Assembly: GCA_964633905.1 (NCBI GenBank)
Contig: CAZWIT010000002.1
Span: forward strand, 128,833-192,832
DNA from: an uncultured Gammaproteobacteria bacterium
Lineage (GTDB): Bacteria; Patescibacteriota; Patescibacteriia; UBA1558; GWA2-36-10
Direction: 5' to 3'
Length of the DNA: 64,000 nucleotides
Position numbers and translations under genes: made by a program. Under the pieces are notes generated by a model. It made no database searches and was not told the DNA's origin. It worked only from the letters and a program-made list of their open reading frames with translations. Of this stretch, positions 48,201-56,660 are shown in pieces. Within the stretch, counting starts at the first letter, position 1. Every line of letters begins with the position of its first letter.

Positions 48201-48992
48201 GCTGGTGGCATGTCAGCATCTAATTACGCTTGCATTTTATATAAAGGCAACGGTGATGCTGGTGTGCAAGAAGGTTGGTATATCCGTTTTTTGGGTAGCA
48301 CCTCTAAATTAACTTTTCATGCTGGTAACAGCGGAAAAAATTTACAAGGCGTAACCATGACCAATGCCTTAAGCGCTGGTACTTGGACTCATATTGCCAT
48401 GGTAGTAGATCGAGATGTTGGTTATCAGTGGTATCGTAATGGTGTTGCAGAAGCAAGCTATGCTACCGACACTAGCGCTTATACGCTGGGAACTTCCACG
48501 TCCTTAGGTATTAGTTGGGATTGGTCGCCTAGTGATCCTAGTATGTCTTTTCTTGGTAATATAGATGAGATTAGAATCTCTCATACCAAGAGATCAACGT
48601 CTTGGTTAGTAACTTCTTATAATTCCCAAAATGATCCTAGTAGTTTTTATAGTATTAGTGATGCAACTACGGTAGCTGGTTATGCGAGTCCGGGTGTTTT
48701 ATATTCTTCTATTATTGATTTGGGAGCAAGCGATCAAACTCTTGCCAGCATTAGTGTTGAACAGGACGTACCAAGTGGTTGTAGTATTGTTGTTACCTTA
48801 GAAGCTTCTGATCTTAGTAGTTTTTCCTCTCTTACTAGCGCTGATTTTAGCGATAGTGCCAATTTTTTTACTAGCAGTACGCCTAGTAGTTTAGATAATA
48901 AGCGCTATTTACGTTATAAAACAACTTTAACTAATTGTAATAGTGGTTCTTCTGCTCCAAGCTTATATTCATTACGTTTAAATTATCGATAA
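45294..48992 (+). CDS. Giant prepilin-type protein (1232 aa) with a C-terminal concanavalin-A-like/LamG lectin domain
   Basis: N-terminus ...KKRGNG|FSLVELVVALGIFAIV. A LamG_3-like domain lies near the C-terminus (FTAEFWVKY...WTHIAMVVDRD...LGNIDEIRISHTKRSTSW). The true start may be the downstream Met (MFNKK...). Confidence 0.7.
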   Translation: MILGYMFNKKSHYKIKKRGNGFSLVELVVALGIFAIVSSGVIFVVINSYRTYYGSGDRQVVVQFAQEGLEAVKSIRDNSWQGIVAVADDNDHGVIKVNGLWQFSGTNNTLGALTRTIVISNVSRDASGNIDAGVTYDPNTKKVIVTVSGSGISNYVLVSFITNWSHRYWEQTDWSGVGTSEFWNSALKASSSYSNISTATPGALTLALSAGGTPGSYGDWGDVYPLATTTYFTNQIHGMALSPDQRTLYTTGNDTAQSFRAYDVSQARAGIIKELWSIKYNTDVLLVNAATVTVHPNGRYVYVGCYAATGVTGRLILIIDTVTRQYTFSTGGTAGSSTMYINDIVVDADSNYLYALGRNFRIFPFQITNDGATLTLVGNSAGQIMAGGALNRGVIANGWLYIVTSDGPKSFQKINISNPAALTTTTGGGYVFANPNGARPRYNLKYIETVADQPRFLVTNYSGSYEVEIIEDDGTSATTIGNLGLTNSLYFDIADGGLDARTYWLYNYYGDLQEIYINTSGVPTITGSVCNGRACKYGNYYQDVVSSSSFWADNMVYSSVLGGLILLEYQGATPATYNMYFVPKTETRANGATYSYRRAITIDHTKVSTEDQSSFPVLISGTYSYLKTTANGGNTQSDYGYDIIFTSDIDGNTILDHEIESYSSSTGALTAWVRIPTLSYTADTTIYMFYGNNTISTSQERANSVWDGNFKFVSHMAGNGTDSVRNDSTSDNNSFYKYSGDPSTFDVAVSASSDDAQELVSNGTVTTNADPLHMSYNGGTYYTGLRFQNVQVPQGSTIINAYLEFQAGTQSGVNGDAINNVIAAEATDDAATFAATNYNISSRSTTTSFVTWSWAAAWTAGTLYRTNDISPVIREVINRPGWVSGNDMAFRIAPDPTQTSKKVAKSYDNATWTSTTSPRLYINYASSTSGQINSGDYFDNYGDKLYAFANYKSLWQNTSDFTAEFWVKYAGGMSASNYACILYKGNGDAGVQEGWYIRFLGSTSKLTFHAGNSGKNLQGVTMTNALSAGTWTHIAMVVDRDVGYQWYRNGVAEASYATDTSAYTLGTSTSLGISWDWSPSDPSMSFLGNIDEIRISHTKRSTSWLVTSYNSQNDPSSFYSISDATTVAGYASPGVLYSSIIDLGASDQTLASISVEQDVPSGCSIVVTLEASDLSSFSSLTSADFSDSANFFTSSTPSSLDNKRYLRYKTTLTNCNSGSSAPSLYSLRLNYR

Positions 48993-50269
48993 TGACAAAA
49001 AAAATAAAACAAAAATCAGGTTTTACCTTACTTGAAACTATTATTTATTTAGCGATTGTTGGCATTTTACTTTCTGCTATTATTGATTTTAGTATTACTT
49101 TGGGAAATTCTTCTAGTAAAATGTCAGCCAACATTGATGCTTCTCGTAATCGCCGAGCGGCTTTAAGTAGTATTAATTATTTAGTGCGCAATGCTGATGG
49201 TCTATGGAAAGATGTTTATAATGATTGTTCAAATTTTAGCTCTAGTCCCCAAATTTTAGCTTTATATTTTAATAATGATGATTATCTGCCTGGTCCTTGC
49301 GTTGAAGATGGTGGGGGAGTAAAAATTAGTATTGATGAAGGTCGCCTAAAAATGACTTGTTACCCTAACGCTGGCTATAATAGTTCTTATAATACTTGTG
49401 CTAGTAGTGCTGGTAATTTTTATTGGTTAAGCGGGCAAGAAGTTTCTATTGCCAATAGTGCTTTAACTTTTTCTACTTCAACCGCTACTTCAACAGCCAA
49501 TGGTTTTACTAGCGTTACTACTTATCTCAATGTTTCTACTATTAGTAATCAGCAAACAAGCCTAAAGGCAAATTCAGCAGCGACCAGTACAGTGGCTATC
49601 CGTAATGAACAGCCGAATGGTTTAATTGCTTTTTATAAATTTGACGATGGTTCTAGCAATGCGGCTGTTGATAGTGTGGATGGCACAAGTTTGAGCTGCG
49701 CTTTAAACCCACCCAGCTCAGTGAGTAATTTAGTAGCAGGTAGTGCTAAGGCTTTTGATTTTAATAGCTCAGAATCAGATTATTGTTCGATCGATAATCC
49801 AGAAAAATTTAATTTAGGGCAGTCTTTTACTATTTCTACTTGGATAAAAATGGATAGCCCAACTGTAGCCGAACATGCTATTATTAATAAGCATGACTGG
49901 TCGGCAAGTCAGGGTTATTATTTGATGGTTTATCAAAATACTGGTCGGGTAATATTTAGAATTTGTGATGGCACAGCTTGTTCTAATATTTTAGATGTTG
50001 ATAGTATTTTAAGTAATGCAACTGTCTATAATATCACGGTGGTATATGATCAACCCAATAGTTTAGGTAAAATGTATATTTATCAGGCTGGGGTTGGCGG
50101 AGTGAGTACTACTACAGCTGCTTCTTGGCCTATTTTAGTTAACTCCAATCAAACTAATTATCCTCGGATCGGTAATAATTTAGATGGTACTTTGGATGAT
50201 TTGCGCATCTATAATAGAGCCTTAACAGAAACAGAAGTTTGGGCTTTGCAAAGTCAGGGTGCTAATTAA
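48992..50269 (+). CDS. Prepilin-type protein with LamG/concanavalin-A-like lectin domain
   Basis: N-terminus MTKKIKQKSG|FTLLETIIYLAIV. LamG_3-like domain (FTISTWIKM...GTLDDLRIYNRALTETEVWAL). Confidence 0.75.
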   Translation: MTKKIKQKSGFTLLETIIYLAIVGILLSAIIDFSITLGNSSSKMSANIDASRNRRAALSSINYLVRNADGLWKDVYNDCSNFSSSPQILALYFNNDDYLPGPCVEDGGGVKISIDEGRLKMTCYPNAGYNSSYNTCASSAGNFYWLSGQEVSIANSALTFSTSTATSTANGFTSVTTYLNVSTISNQQTSLKANSAATSTVAIRNEQPNGLIAFYKFDDGSSNAAVDSVDGTSLSCALNPPSSVSNLVAGSAKAFDFNSSESDYCSIDNPEKFNLGQSFTISTWIKMDSPTVAEHAIINKHDWSASQGYYLMVYQNTGRVIFRICDGTACSNILDVDSILSNATVYNITVVYDQPNSLGKMYIYQAGVGGVSTTTAASWPILVNSNQTNYPRIGNNLDGTLDDLRIYNRALTETEVWALQSQGAN

Positions 50270-50277
50270 TTTTATTT

Positions 50278-51225
50278 ATGCAATATATTAGAAGTTATAA
50301 AAATTTATCACAACCACAAGGTTTTATTGCTTTGATTTTAGTGATTATGGTTACAGCCATAATTTTAGTATCCAATGTGATCATTAGCATGGTTAATACT
50401 TCTAATAATTTAGCTAATTATCACATGGCTGAGTCAGAGGAAGTGTCTTATAATATCGAGGCTTGTTTAGATGATGCTTATTGGCGTATCACTTCTAGCA
50501 CTAGTGTTAGCGGTTCTTTTGGTATTACTAGTGGTGATGTAGATTGTGATTATGAAATTAGTGCCACTGATAGTGGACTTAAAATTGTCACTTCTACAGC
50601 TACTACTACCTCAGCTTTGGGTAATTGGCACCGGCAAGTAATAGCACAAATCAATGTTTCTACTACCCCTATTACTATTAGTTATTATAAAGACGGTATT
50701 AATATTATGCATGTTAATACCTCAGAAGGTCCAAATTCGCCAACTGTAGCTAGTGATTCTGGTACAGGTGGTCAAACGTGGAGCGGTGGCACTTTAAATA
50801 ATATTTTTTCTGATAATAGTACTGAAGCAGAAAATACTGCTACCTGCGGCGAAACACTTTGCAGTGATTATGAAATAAAATTAATTAAAGCAGATAATAG
50901 TCTATCCTCGCAAAATAAAGCCTTAGTAGTAGCTCTTGGTACAACAGCTGATCCGGGCTACACGAGCTACGGTGGTAGTGGCCAACTTTGGGGAGAATCT
51001 TGGACGGCTAGCGATATTAATAATGCTAATTTTGGCTTAGCTATCAAATATAATGGCGATAGTCAAAGCTCTTATTTAAAAGCTAGCGGGTTTAATTTTA
51101 ATATACCAAATGGAGCAGTAATTACTGGTATTGAAGCTAACGTTGAGCATTGGCTTGAATATTTTTTTGATCATTATGAAATTCATGTTGATCATGTTAC
51201 AATAACAATTTATTATCGCATATAA
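50278..51225 (+). CDS. Pilin-like/minor pseudopilin candidate (noncanonical prepilin motif)
   Basis: N-terminus ...SQPQG|FIALILVIMVTAIIL has the hydrophobic helix but no Glu at +5. It sits among the pilin genes. Confidence 0.4.
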   Translation: MQYIRSYKNLSQPQGFIALILVIMVTAIILVSNVIISMVNTSNNLANYHMAESEEVSYNIEACLDDAYWRITSSTSVSGSFGITSGDVDCDYEISATDSGLKIVTSTATTTSALGNWHRQVIAQINVSTTPITISYYKDGINIMHVNTSEGPNSPTVASDSGTGGQTWSGGTLNNIFSDNSTEAENTATCGETLCSDYEIKLIKADNSLSSQNKALVVALGTTADPGYTSYGGSGQLWGESWTASDINNANFGLAIKYNGDSQSSYLKASGFNFNIPNGAVITGIEANVEHWLEYFFDHYEIHVDHVTITIYYRI

Positions 51226-51239
51226 TTTTAGATTAATTT

Positions 51240-53006
51240 ATGGCTAAAGACATTATTGGGATTGATATTTCCGATGCCTCAATTGAGGCAATAGTATTAA
51301 ATAAAAAGGGTGGTAATTTTATAGTAGATACTTACTCGCGTTTTCGCTTGTCTCCGGAAATCATAGTAGATGGTAAAATTATTAAACCAGACAAGTTAAA
51401 AGAAGCCTTACAGCTAGTTTTTAAAAGCGCTCAACCGCGCCTTATGGATCCAGGTAGAGTATATTTATCAGTTTCAGAAAGCCGAGCTTTTACTAAAGTT
51501 TTTAATTTTCCTAAAAATTTAAATGATAAGGAATTAAAAGAAGCTGCTATTCATAAGGCAGAGGAGATGATACCAGAGGACATGGCACAATTGTTTAGTG
51601 CTAGTCAGTTACTGCCAAATAAAAATGAACACAAAGAAGTTTTGTATGTAACCGCTGAAAAAGAGGCGGTTTTAGCTTTGACTAAAATATTTCAAGAACA
51701 AAATATAGAAGTTCTCGGTGTTACCACCGAGTCATTTAGTGCTTACTGGGGCTTAAATGAAAAATTTAAAAAAAATCAAACTTTATTATTAGATATTGGT
51801 AGTCATACCACGATTGCAGCTATTTATGATAGTTATAGTGTGCGTGATAGTATTAATATTAATATTGCCGGTTTTAATATTATTGAGGCTATGATCAAAA
51901 GATTTAATATTGACTATTTAAAGGCTGAAGAATTGATTAGGGATGTGGGTTTAACGGCGGAGCCTGGTGATGGTGAAGTAATGCTTTTGATACAGGGACA
52001 ACTACAGCCATTACTTGATGAAGTTAATCGTTTTGTAAATTATTTTCAAGAATCAAATCAGGGACATTTAGAGCAAGTAGTTTTAATTGGTGGCTTGGCG
52101 CAAATGCGCGGTATTGTAAATTATTTTGGCTCTAATCTAAATTTACCTACTTTTATCGGGGAAACTTTTTTATCTAATAGTAATTCAGAGGCAGTTGCTT
52201 TTACTAAATATATTAATGCCCTAGGTCTGGCTAGGCTTTGTTTTGAGAAAAATAATATTAATTTTTTTGATAGTATTGATAAAAAAACTTTAAAACAAGA
52301 ATTAATTAAAGATGAAAAATTAATAGCGCCTAATCCAGATGCAGAAGCAATCGAAACACCGATCGCACCACTTGGTTTAGCAAAATACAAATTATTATTC
52401 AAGAAGATTTTTGGCAGTTTATTTTTTGCATTATTTTTAATGTTGATAGGCTTAGGTGGTTCATTTATTTTTTTGCGAAAACCTTTGCAAAATTTATTTG
52501 TTAGAGAAACTAGCTTTAGTATTAATTCAGAAAAAATTAGTGTTGGTCTAAAATCTCCAGGAGGAGCGAATCAGCGCTTTGTCTATGGTCAAAATGCCTC
52601 TTTTGTTTTAAATCAAGAAAAAGACTATCCGGCCCTTTCCTATGAAGAGGTAAAAGATAAGCTGGTGGCGAATTTATCAGAAGAAGTGATAAATGAATTA
52701 AATAAAAAATATCAACAGAGCGGCTACTACATTATTCCTCAGATTATTGGTAAACAAATTATCGATATTAGTCCTAAGCAAGTAGATTTTAAAATTGGTC
52801 AGCCTGTCAAAGTGCAAGTGAGTTTTTCTTTTATAGCAATCTCCAATAATGATGTTAAACAAGTTTTAGGGCGTATTGCCAAAGCTGAAGAGCAGGCTAA
52901 AATTTTAAGTAGTGAGGTAGAACAGGCAGAATACAAACTTATTTCTTGGGATAGTGCTAATCAATCGTTTGTCTTAGAGGTTAATTTTAAGTTTAAAACT
53001 AAATAA
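51240..53006 (+). CDS. pilM: PilM-like actin-fold ATPase fused to a PilN-like bitopic domain
   Basis: N-terminus IIGIDISDASIEAIVL plus the LLDIGSHTT phosphate-binding motif (FtsA/PilM family). A TM helix (about residues 390-412) is followed by an extracytoplasmic domain. Confidence 0.65.
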   Translation: MAKDIIGIDISDASIEAIVLNKKGGNFIVDTYSRFRLSPEIIVDGKIIKPDKLKEALQLVFKSAQPRLMDPGRVYLSVSESRAFTKVFNFPKNLNDKELKEAAIHKAEEMIPEDMAQLFSASQLLPNKNEHKEVLYVTAEKEAVLALTKIFQEQNIEVLGVTTESFSAYWGLNEKFKKNQTLLLDIGSHTTIAAIYDSYSVRDSININIAGFNIIEAMIKRFNIDYLKAEELIRDVGLTAEPGDGEVMLLIQGQLQPLLDEVNRFVNYFQESNQGHLEQVVLIGGLAQMRGIVNYFGSNLNLPTFIGETFLSNSNSEAVAFTKYINALGLARLCFEKNNINFFDSIDKKTLKQELIKDEKLIAPNPDAEAIETPIAPLGLAKYKLLFKKIFGSLFFALFLMLIGLGGSFIFLRKPLQNLFVRETSFSINSEKISVGLKSPGGANQRFVYGQNASFVLNQEKDYPALSYEEVKDKLVANLSEEVINELNKKYQQSGYYIIPQIIGKQIIDISPKQVDFKIGQPVKVQVSFSFIAISNNDVKQVLGRIAKAEEQAKILSSEVEQAEYKLISWDSANQSFVLEVNFKFKTK

Positions 53007-53121
53007 TTTTTCCCTGTGGATAAGTTTAAAATTATCAATTTGTCCAAAAAATGGTATAATTAGTCTATTAAAATAAAGCAGTATTTAATAAATTTTATTT
53101 GTATAGAATAAAAATAAAAAA

Positions 53122-53625
53122 ATGAATCAAATCTTAAAGAATTCGGGATTTACTTTAATTGAATTGATTATCGTAGTGGCTATTATCGCTCTTCTTGCTT
53201 CAGCTGGTTTTGTGGCTATTAATCCAGGTAAGCGTTCGGGTGATGCTAATAATGCCAAACGTTGGGCAGATGTAACTGCTATTGCTGATGCTTATTCTGC
53301 CTATCTGGTAGATAATGGTGGCACTCATCCAACTACTACACCAACGCCAACGGCAGGTGTTACCTATTCTATTACCACTACCACTGATGCTTCTGGTAAT
53401 CTTACAGTTTGTGAAGGGGGTGCTAACGCTACGACTACTTCTCAGTATATTGATTTGGAAGCCTTAGTAAGTAATGGTTATATTGGTAAAATTCCGCTTG
53501 ATCCAGCTTATGGCGCTGGTGATGCTAGAAATACTGGTTATTATTTTTATCGTGAATCTAGTGGCACCTTGGTTATTGGTTCTTGTGATAGTTATAACAA
53601 TGAAGACATTGAATTAGTTAGATAG
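53122..53625 (+). CDS. Type IV major pilin (paralog 1)
   Basis: MNQILKNSG|FTLIELIIVVAIIALLA, canonical class III signal with Glu+5. 167 aa, Thr-rich central region, two Cys flanking a C-terminal D-region. Confidence 0.85.
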   Translation: MNQILKNSGFTLIELIIVVAIIALLASAGFVAINPGKRSGDANNAKRWADVTAIADAYSAYLVDNGGTHPTTTPTPTAGVTYSITTTTDASGNLTVCEGGANATTTSQYIDLEALVSNGYIGKIPLDPAYGAGDARNTGYYFYRESSGTLVIGSCDSYNNEDIELVR

Positions 53626-53655
53626 TATTTTATTAATAATAATTAAATATAAAAT

Positions 53656-54159
53656 ATGAAAAAAATCTTAAAAAATTCAGGCTTTACTTTAATCGAATTG
53701 ATTATCGTAGTAGCCATCATCGCTTTGCTAGCAGCTGCTAGTTTTGTGGCTATCAATCCTGGCAAACGTGTGGGTGATGCTAATAATGCCAAACGTTGGT
53801 CAGACATTACTGCTATTGCTGATGCTTATTCAGCTTATTTAGTGGATAATGGTGGTACCCATCCAACTACCACGGCTTATACAACTGGTGTTACTTATTC
53901 AATTACTAGTTCAACTCAAGGTCATGCCGAGAGGTGTGCTGCTGATACGACAAATGGTAATGCAACTACTACCTCTGCTAATGTTAACTTAGCAGCCTTG
54001 GTTACATCTGGTTATATTGGTGCCATACCATCTGATCCTGGTTATGTAGTGGCTGATACTTTTAATACTGGTTATTATCTCTATAGAGAGAGTTCTGGTA
54101 AATTAGTAATTGGTTCTTGTGATGCTTACAATTCAGTTAATATAGAAGTAGTTAGGTAG
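53656..54159 (+). CDS. Type IV major pilin (paralog 2)
   Basis: MKKILKNSG|FTLIELIIVVAIIALLA. About 95% identical to paralog 1 over the first ~75 residues. The central region is divergent and the C-terminus conserved. Confidence 0.85.
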   Translation: MKKILKNSGFTLIELIIVVAIIALLAAASFVAINPGKRVGDANNAKRWSDITAIADAYSAYLVDNGGTHPTTTAYTTGVTYSITSSTQGHAERCAADTTNGNATTTSANVNLAALVTSGYIGAIPSDPGYVVADTFNTGYYLYRESSGKLVIGSCDAYNSVNIEVVR

Positions 54160-54189
54160 TTTATCTAGAATATTGTTTAATTTATTTGA

Positions 54190-54218
54190 TTGACAAAAGT
54201 TTATTAGCACTCTATAAT
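54190..54218 (+). promoter_or_regulatory. Consensus sigma-70 promoter (TTGACA-17-TATAAT) of the exporter operon
   Basis: TTGACA at 54190-54195, a 17-nt spacer, TATAAT at 54213-54218. Confidence 0.7.
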
Positions 54219-54230
54219 ATAGAGTGCTAA
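54204..54230. promoter_or_regulatory. Perfect CIRCE operator (TTAGCACTC-N9-GAGTGCTAA) overlapping the -10 box
   Basis: Exact match to the HrcA-binding CIRCE consensus. The spacer tataatata contains the -10 hexamer. Confidence 0.8.
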
Positions 54231-54277
54231 TGTGTTATTTAGCTTATTTTTTTAATGTATTAAATTTAATAATTTTT

Positions 54278-55948
54278 ATGAAGAAAATTTTGAAAAAATG
54301 GTGGTTTTGGTTAATTATTGTGATTGTTTTGGTTGTAATTCTAAATATTTTTTTGTCTAGTAGTAAAGAATCCGTAGTTTATACTACCGAAGCAGCTAAT
54401 ATTCAGGATTTAAAACAAACAGTTGAAGTAACTGGTAAAGTTGAGTCAGCAGATGATATTGATTTAAATTTTTTAGGTAGTGGTACTTTGCGTGATATTA
54501 ATGTTAAAGTTGGCGATCAGGTAAAGACGGGTCAGATTTTAGCTAGCCTTTCGGCTGGCGATGTTGCTGCTCAAGTTAATAATGCTCGGGCCGCTTTAGA
54601 TGTAGCTAAAAGCGATTTAGCTTCTATTTTAGCTGGTGCTTCAGCAGCAGATTTAAATGTTACTGAACAAGAAGTAAATAATGCTTTAACTGCTTACCAA
54701 GCAGCGTTAGATAATTTAGCTAGCTTAGAAAAGACCAGAGACGATGATATGGCAAGTTTGAGGACAGCTGGTTTAAATACTTTAAATGATAAATTATTTG
54801 TTGCTAGGTATTCTTTAGATTTAGTTTATGATGCTATTTTAGATAGCGATGCTGATTATTCTTTATACGTTAATGATACTAATTTATTAACAACGGCCAA
54901 ATATCAATATGAAGCTGCTCAAGCTAAATATACCGAGGTGGCTGTTTTAGTTGCTAAAGCTCAAAGTAGTAATCAGCAGGCTGATATTTTATCAGGCCTA
55001 GATCAATTGCGCCAACTTTTGCAAGCTACTTCCGAGACGCTTAACAATACTTTTAATGTAATGAATACAGTGGTTATAAACTCTGTCTATACACAAACTG
55101 TAGTTGACACCTTTAAGACTTCTTTAAGCAGTAATAATACTAGCGTTAATACAGCGATGAGCGCGGTAGCAAGCTCTGCTTCTAACTTGAGAGCTAAAGA
55201 TTTATATTATCAAAATGCTATATTACAGCAGACTAATGCAGTAAAAGTAGCTCAGGACACCTTGGATTTGGCTAAAGCGAGACTTGATTTAAAAAAAGCA
55301 CCAGCCCGTGATTTTCAAATTGAGGCGGCTAGAGCCCGAGTGCGTCAAGCGGAGGCTAATTTAAGCAGGGCCTTGAGCGATTTATCTGATAAGTCTATCA
55401 AAGCACCAGTTGATGGTTTAATTACTAAAGTTAATTATGCCAAAGGAGAACAAACTTCAGCTGCTAAAGCGGTGATTTCAATGATTGGTTTAAGTACTCT
55501 GCAAATAGAAGTTGATGTGCCGGAATCAGATATTACCAAATTAAAAATCAATGATGAGGTTGATATTGATATTAATGCTTTTACCGATGGTAGTAAGTTT
55601 AAGGGTACGGTTACTTTTATTGATCCAGCCGCTACTGTTATTAATGAAGTTATTTATTATAAAGTTAATATTTCTTTTAAAGAAAAGGATGATAGAATTA
55701 AATCTGGTATGACAGCAGATTTGACAGTGCTTACTGCTAGTAAGCCACAAGTTTTAGTAGTGCCATCAAGAGCAGTTATTAATCGCGATGATCAGCATTA
55801 CGTTCAAGTTTTAGTTGATAAGCAGCCAGTTGATAAAGAAGTAGAAGTTGGTTTAAAAGGCGATAATAGTTTGATAGAAATTGTCAGTGGTTTATCTGCT
55901 GGCGAAGAAGTTATAGTATCTGCTAAAACCAACGGTAAAAAGAAATAA
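54278..55948 (+). CDS. HlyD/MacA-family periplasmic adaptor (membrane fusion protein)
   Basis: Start set at MKKILKKWWFW (54278, in frame with the ORF-track start at 54224). N-terminal TM, long coiled-coil, C-terminal beta-barrel region. Confidence 0.75.
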   Translation: MKKILKKWWFWLIIVIVLVVILNIFLSSSKESVVYTTEAANIQDLKQTVEVTGKVESADDIDLNFLGSGTLRDINVKVGDQVKTGQILASLSAGDVAAQVNNARAALDVAKSDLASILAGASAADLNVTEQEVNNALTAYQAALDNLASLEKTRDDDMASLRTAGLNTLNDKLFVARYSLDLVYDAILDSDADYSLYVNDTNLLTTAKYQYEAAQAKYTEVAVLVAKAQSSNQQADILSGLDQLRQLLQATSETLNNTFNVMNTVVINSVYTQTVVDTFKTSLSSNNTSVNTAMSAVASSASNLRAKDLYYQNAILQQTNAVKVAQDTLDLAKARLDLKKAPARDFQIEAARARVRQAEANLSRALSDLSDKSIKAPVDGLITKVNYAKGEQTSAAKAVISMIGLSTLQIEVDVPESDITKLKINDEVDIDINAFTDGSKFKGTVTFIDPAATVINEVIYYKVNISFKEKDDRIKSGMTADLTVLTASKPQVLVVPSRAVINRDDQHYVQVLVDKQPVDKEVEVGLKGDNSLIEIVSGLSAGEEVIVSAKTNGKKK

Positions 55949-55950
55949 AA

Positions 55951-56658
55951 ATGATTGATATTAAAAATCTTCATAAAGAATATGTTAATGAAGAAGTGGC
56001 TACCAAGATTTTGCATGGTATCAATTTAAGTATTAATAAAGGTGAATTTGTAGCTATTATGGGACCATCTGGTTCTGGTAAATCTACCTTAATGCATATT
56101 TTGGGTTTTTTGGACACTTTGACTACTGGTCAGTATATTTTTCAAGATAAGGATGTTAGTCAATTAGACGATGATACTCTAGCAGAATATCGTAATAAAA
56201 AAGTAGGTTTTGTTTTTCAGAGTTTTAATCTTTTACCCAAAACTAGTGTTTGGGAGAATGTTCGTTTACCTCTCCTGTATACTACTGGTAAGACAGATGA
56301 CTCTTTAGTGGATCAAGCTATCAAAGCTGTTGGTTTAGAGCATCGTCGTGATTTTTTGTCTAATCAGTTATCAGGCGGTGAAAAACAAAGAGTAGCTATT
56401 GCTCGAGCCCTGGTAAACACGCCTGAAATTATTTTTGCTGATGAACCAACTGGTAATTTGGATTCTAAATCTGGCATTCAGATTATGTCGATTTTACAAA
56501 AATTAAATGAAGAAGGCAAAACTATTATTTTAGTTACCCATGAAACTATTACGGCCAAGCATGCTAAAAGAATTATTAGTATTAAAGATGGTATGATTTT
56601 TGATGATACTTCAGATTTTGAAAGGGTGATTGCCAAAGATAGCGAAATACTAAAATAA
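55951..56658 (+). CDS. ABC transporter ATP-binding protein (MacB/LolD-like)
   Basis: Walker [10 protein letters not shown], signature [15 protein letters not shown], Walker [13 protein letters not shown]. Confidence 0.92.
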   Translation: MIDIKNLHKEYVNEEVATKILHGINLSINKGEFVAIMGPSGSGKSTLMHILGFLDTLTTGQYIFQDKDVSQLDDDTLAEYRNKKVGFVFQSFNLLPKTSVWENVRLPLLYTTGKTDDSLVDQAIKAVGLEHRRDFLSNQLSGGEKQRVAIARALVNTPEIIFADEPTGNLDSKSGIQIMSILQKLNEEGKTIILVTHETITAKHAKRIISIKDGMIFDDTSDFERVIAKDSEILK

Positions 56659-56660
56659 AT

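Noticed and set aside
45925-48312. Small same-strand, alternate-frame ORFs inside the giant pilin gene
   Set aside because: They are out-of-frame reads within a continuous 1232-aa ORF with a prepilin N-terminus and LamG C-terminus.
52121-52402. Minus-strand ORF inside pilM-N
   Set aside because: Antisense shadow ORF.
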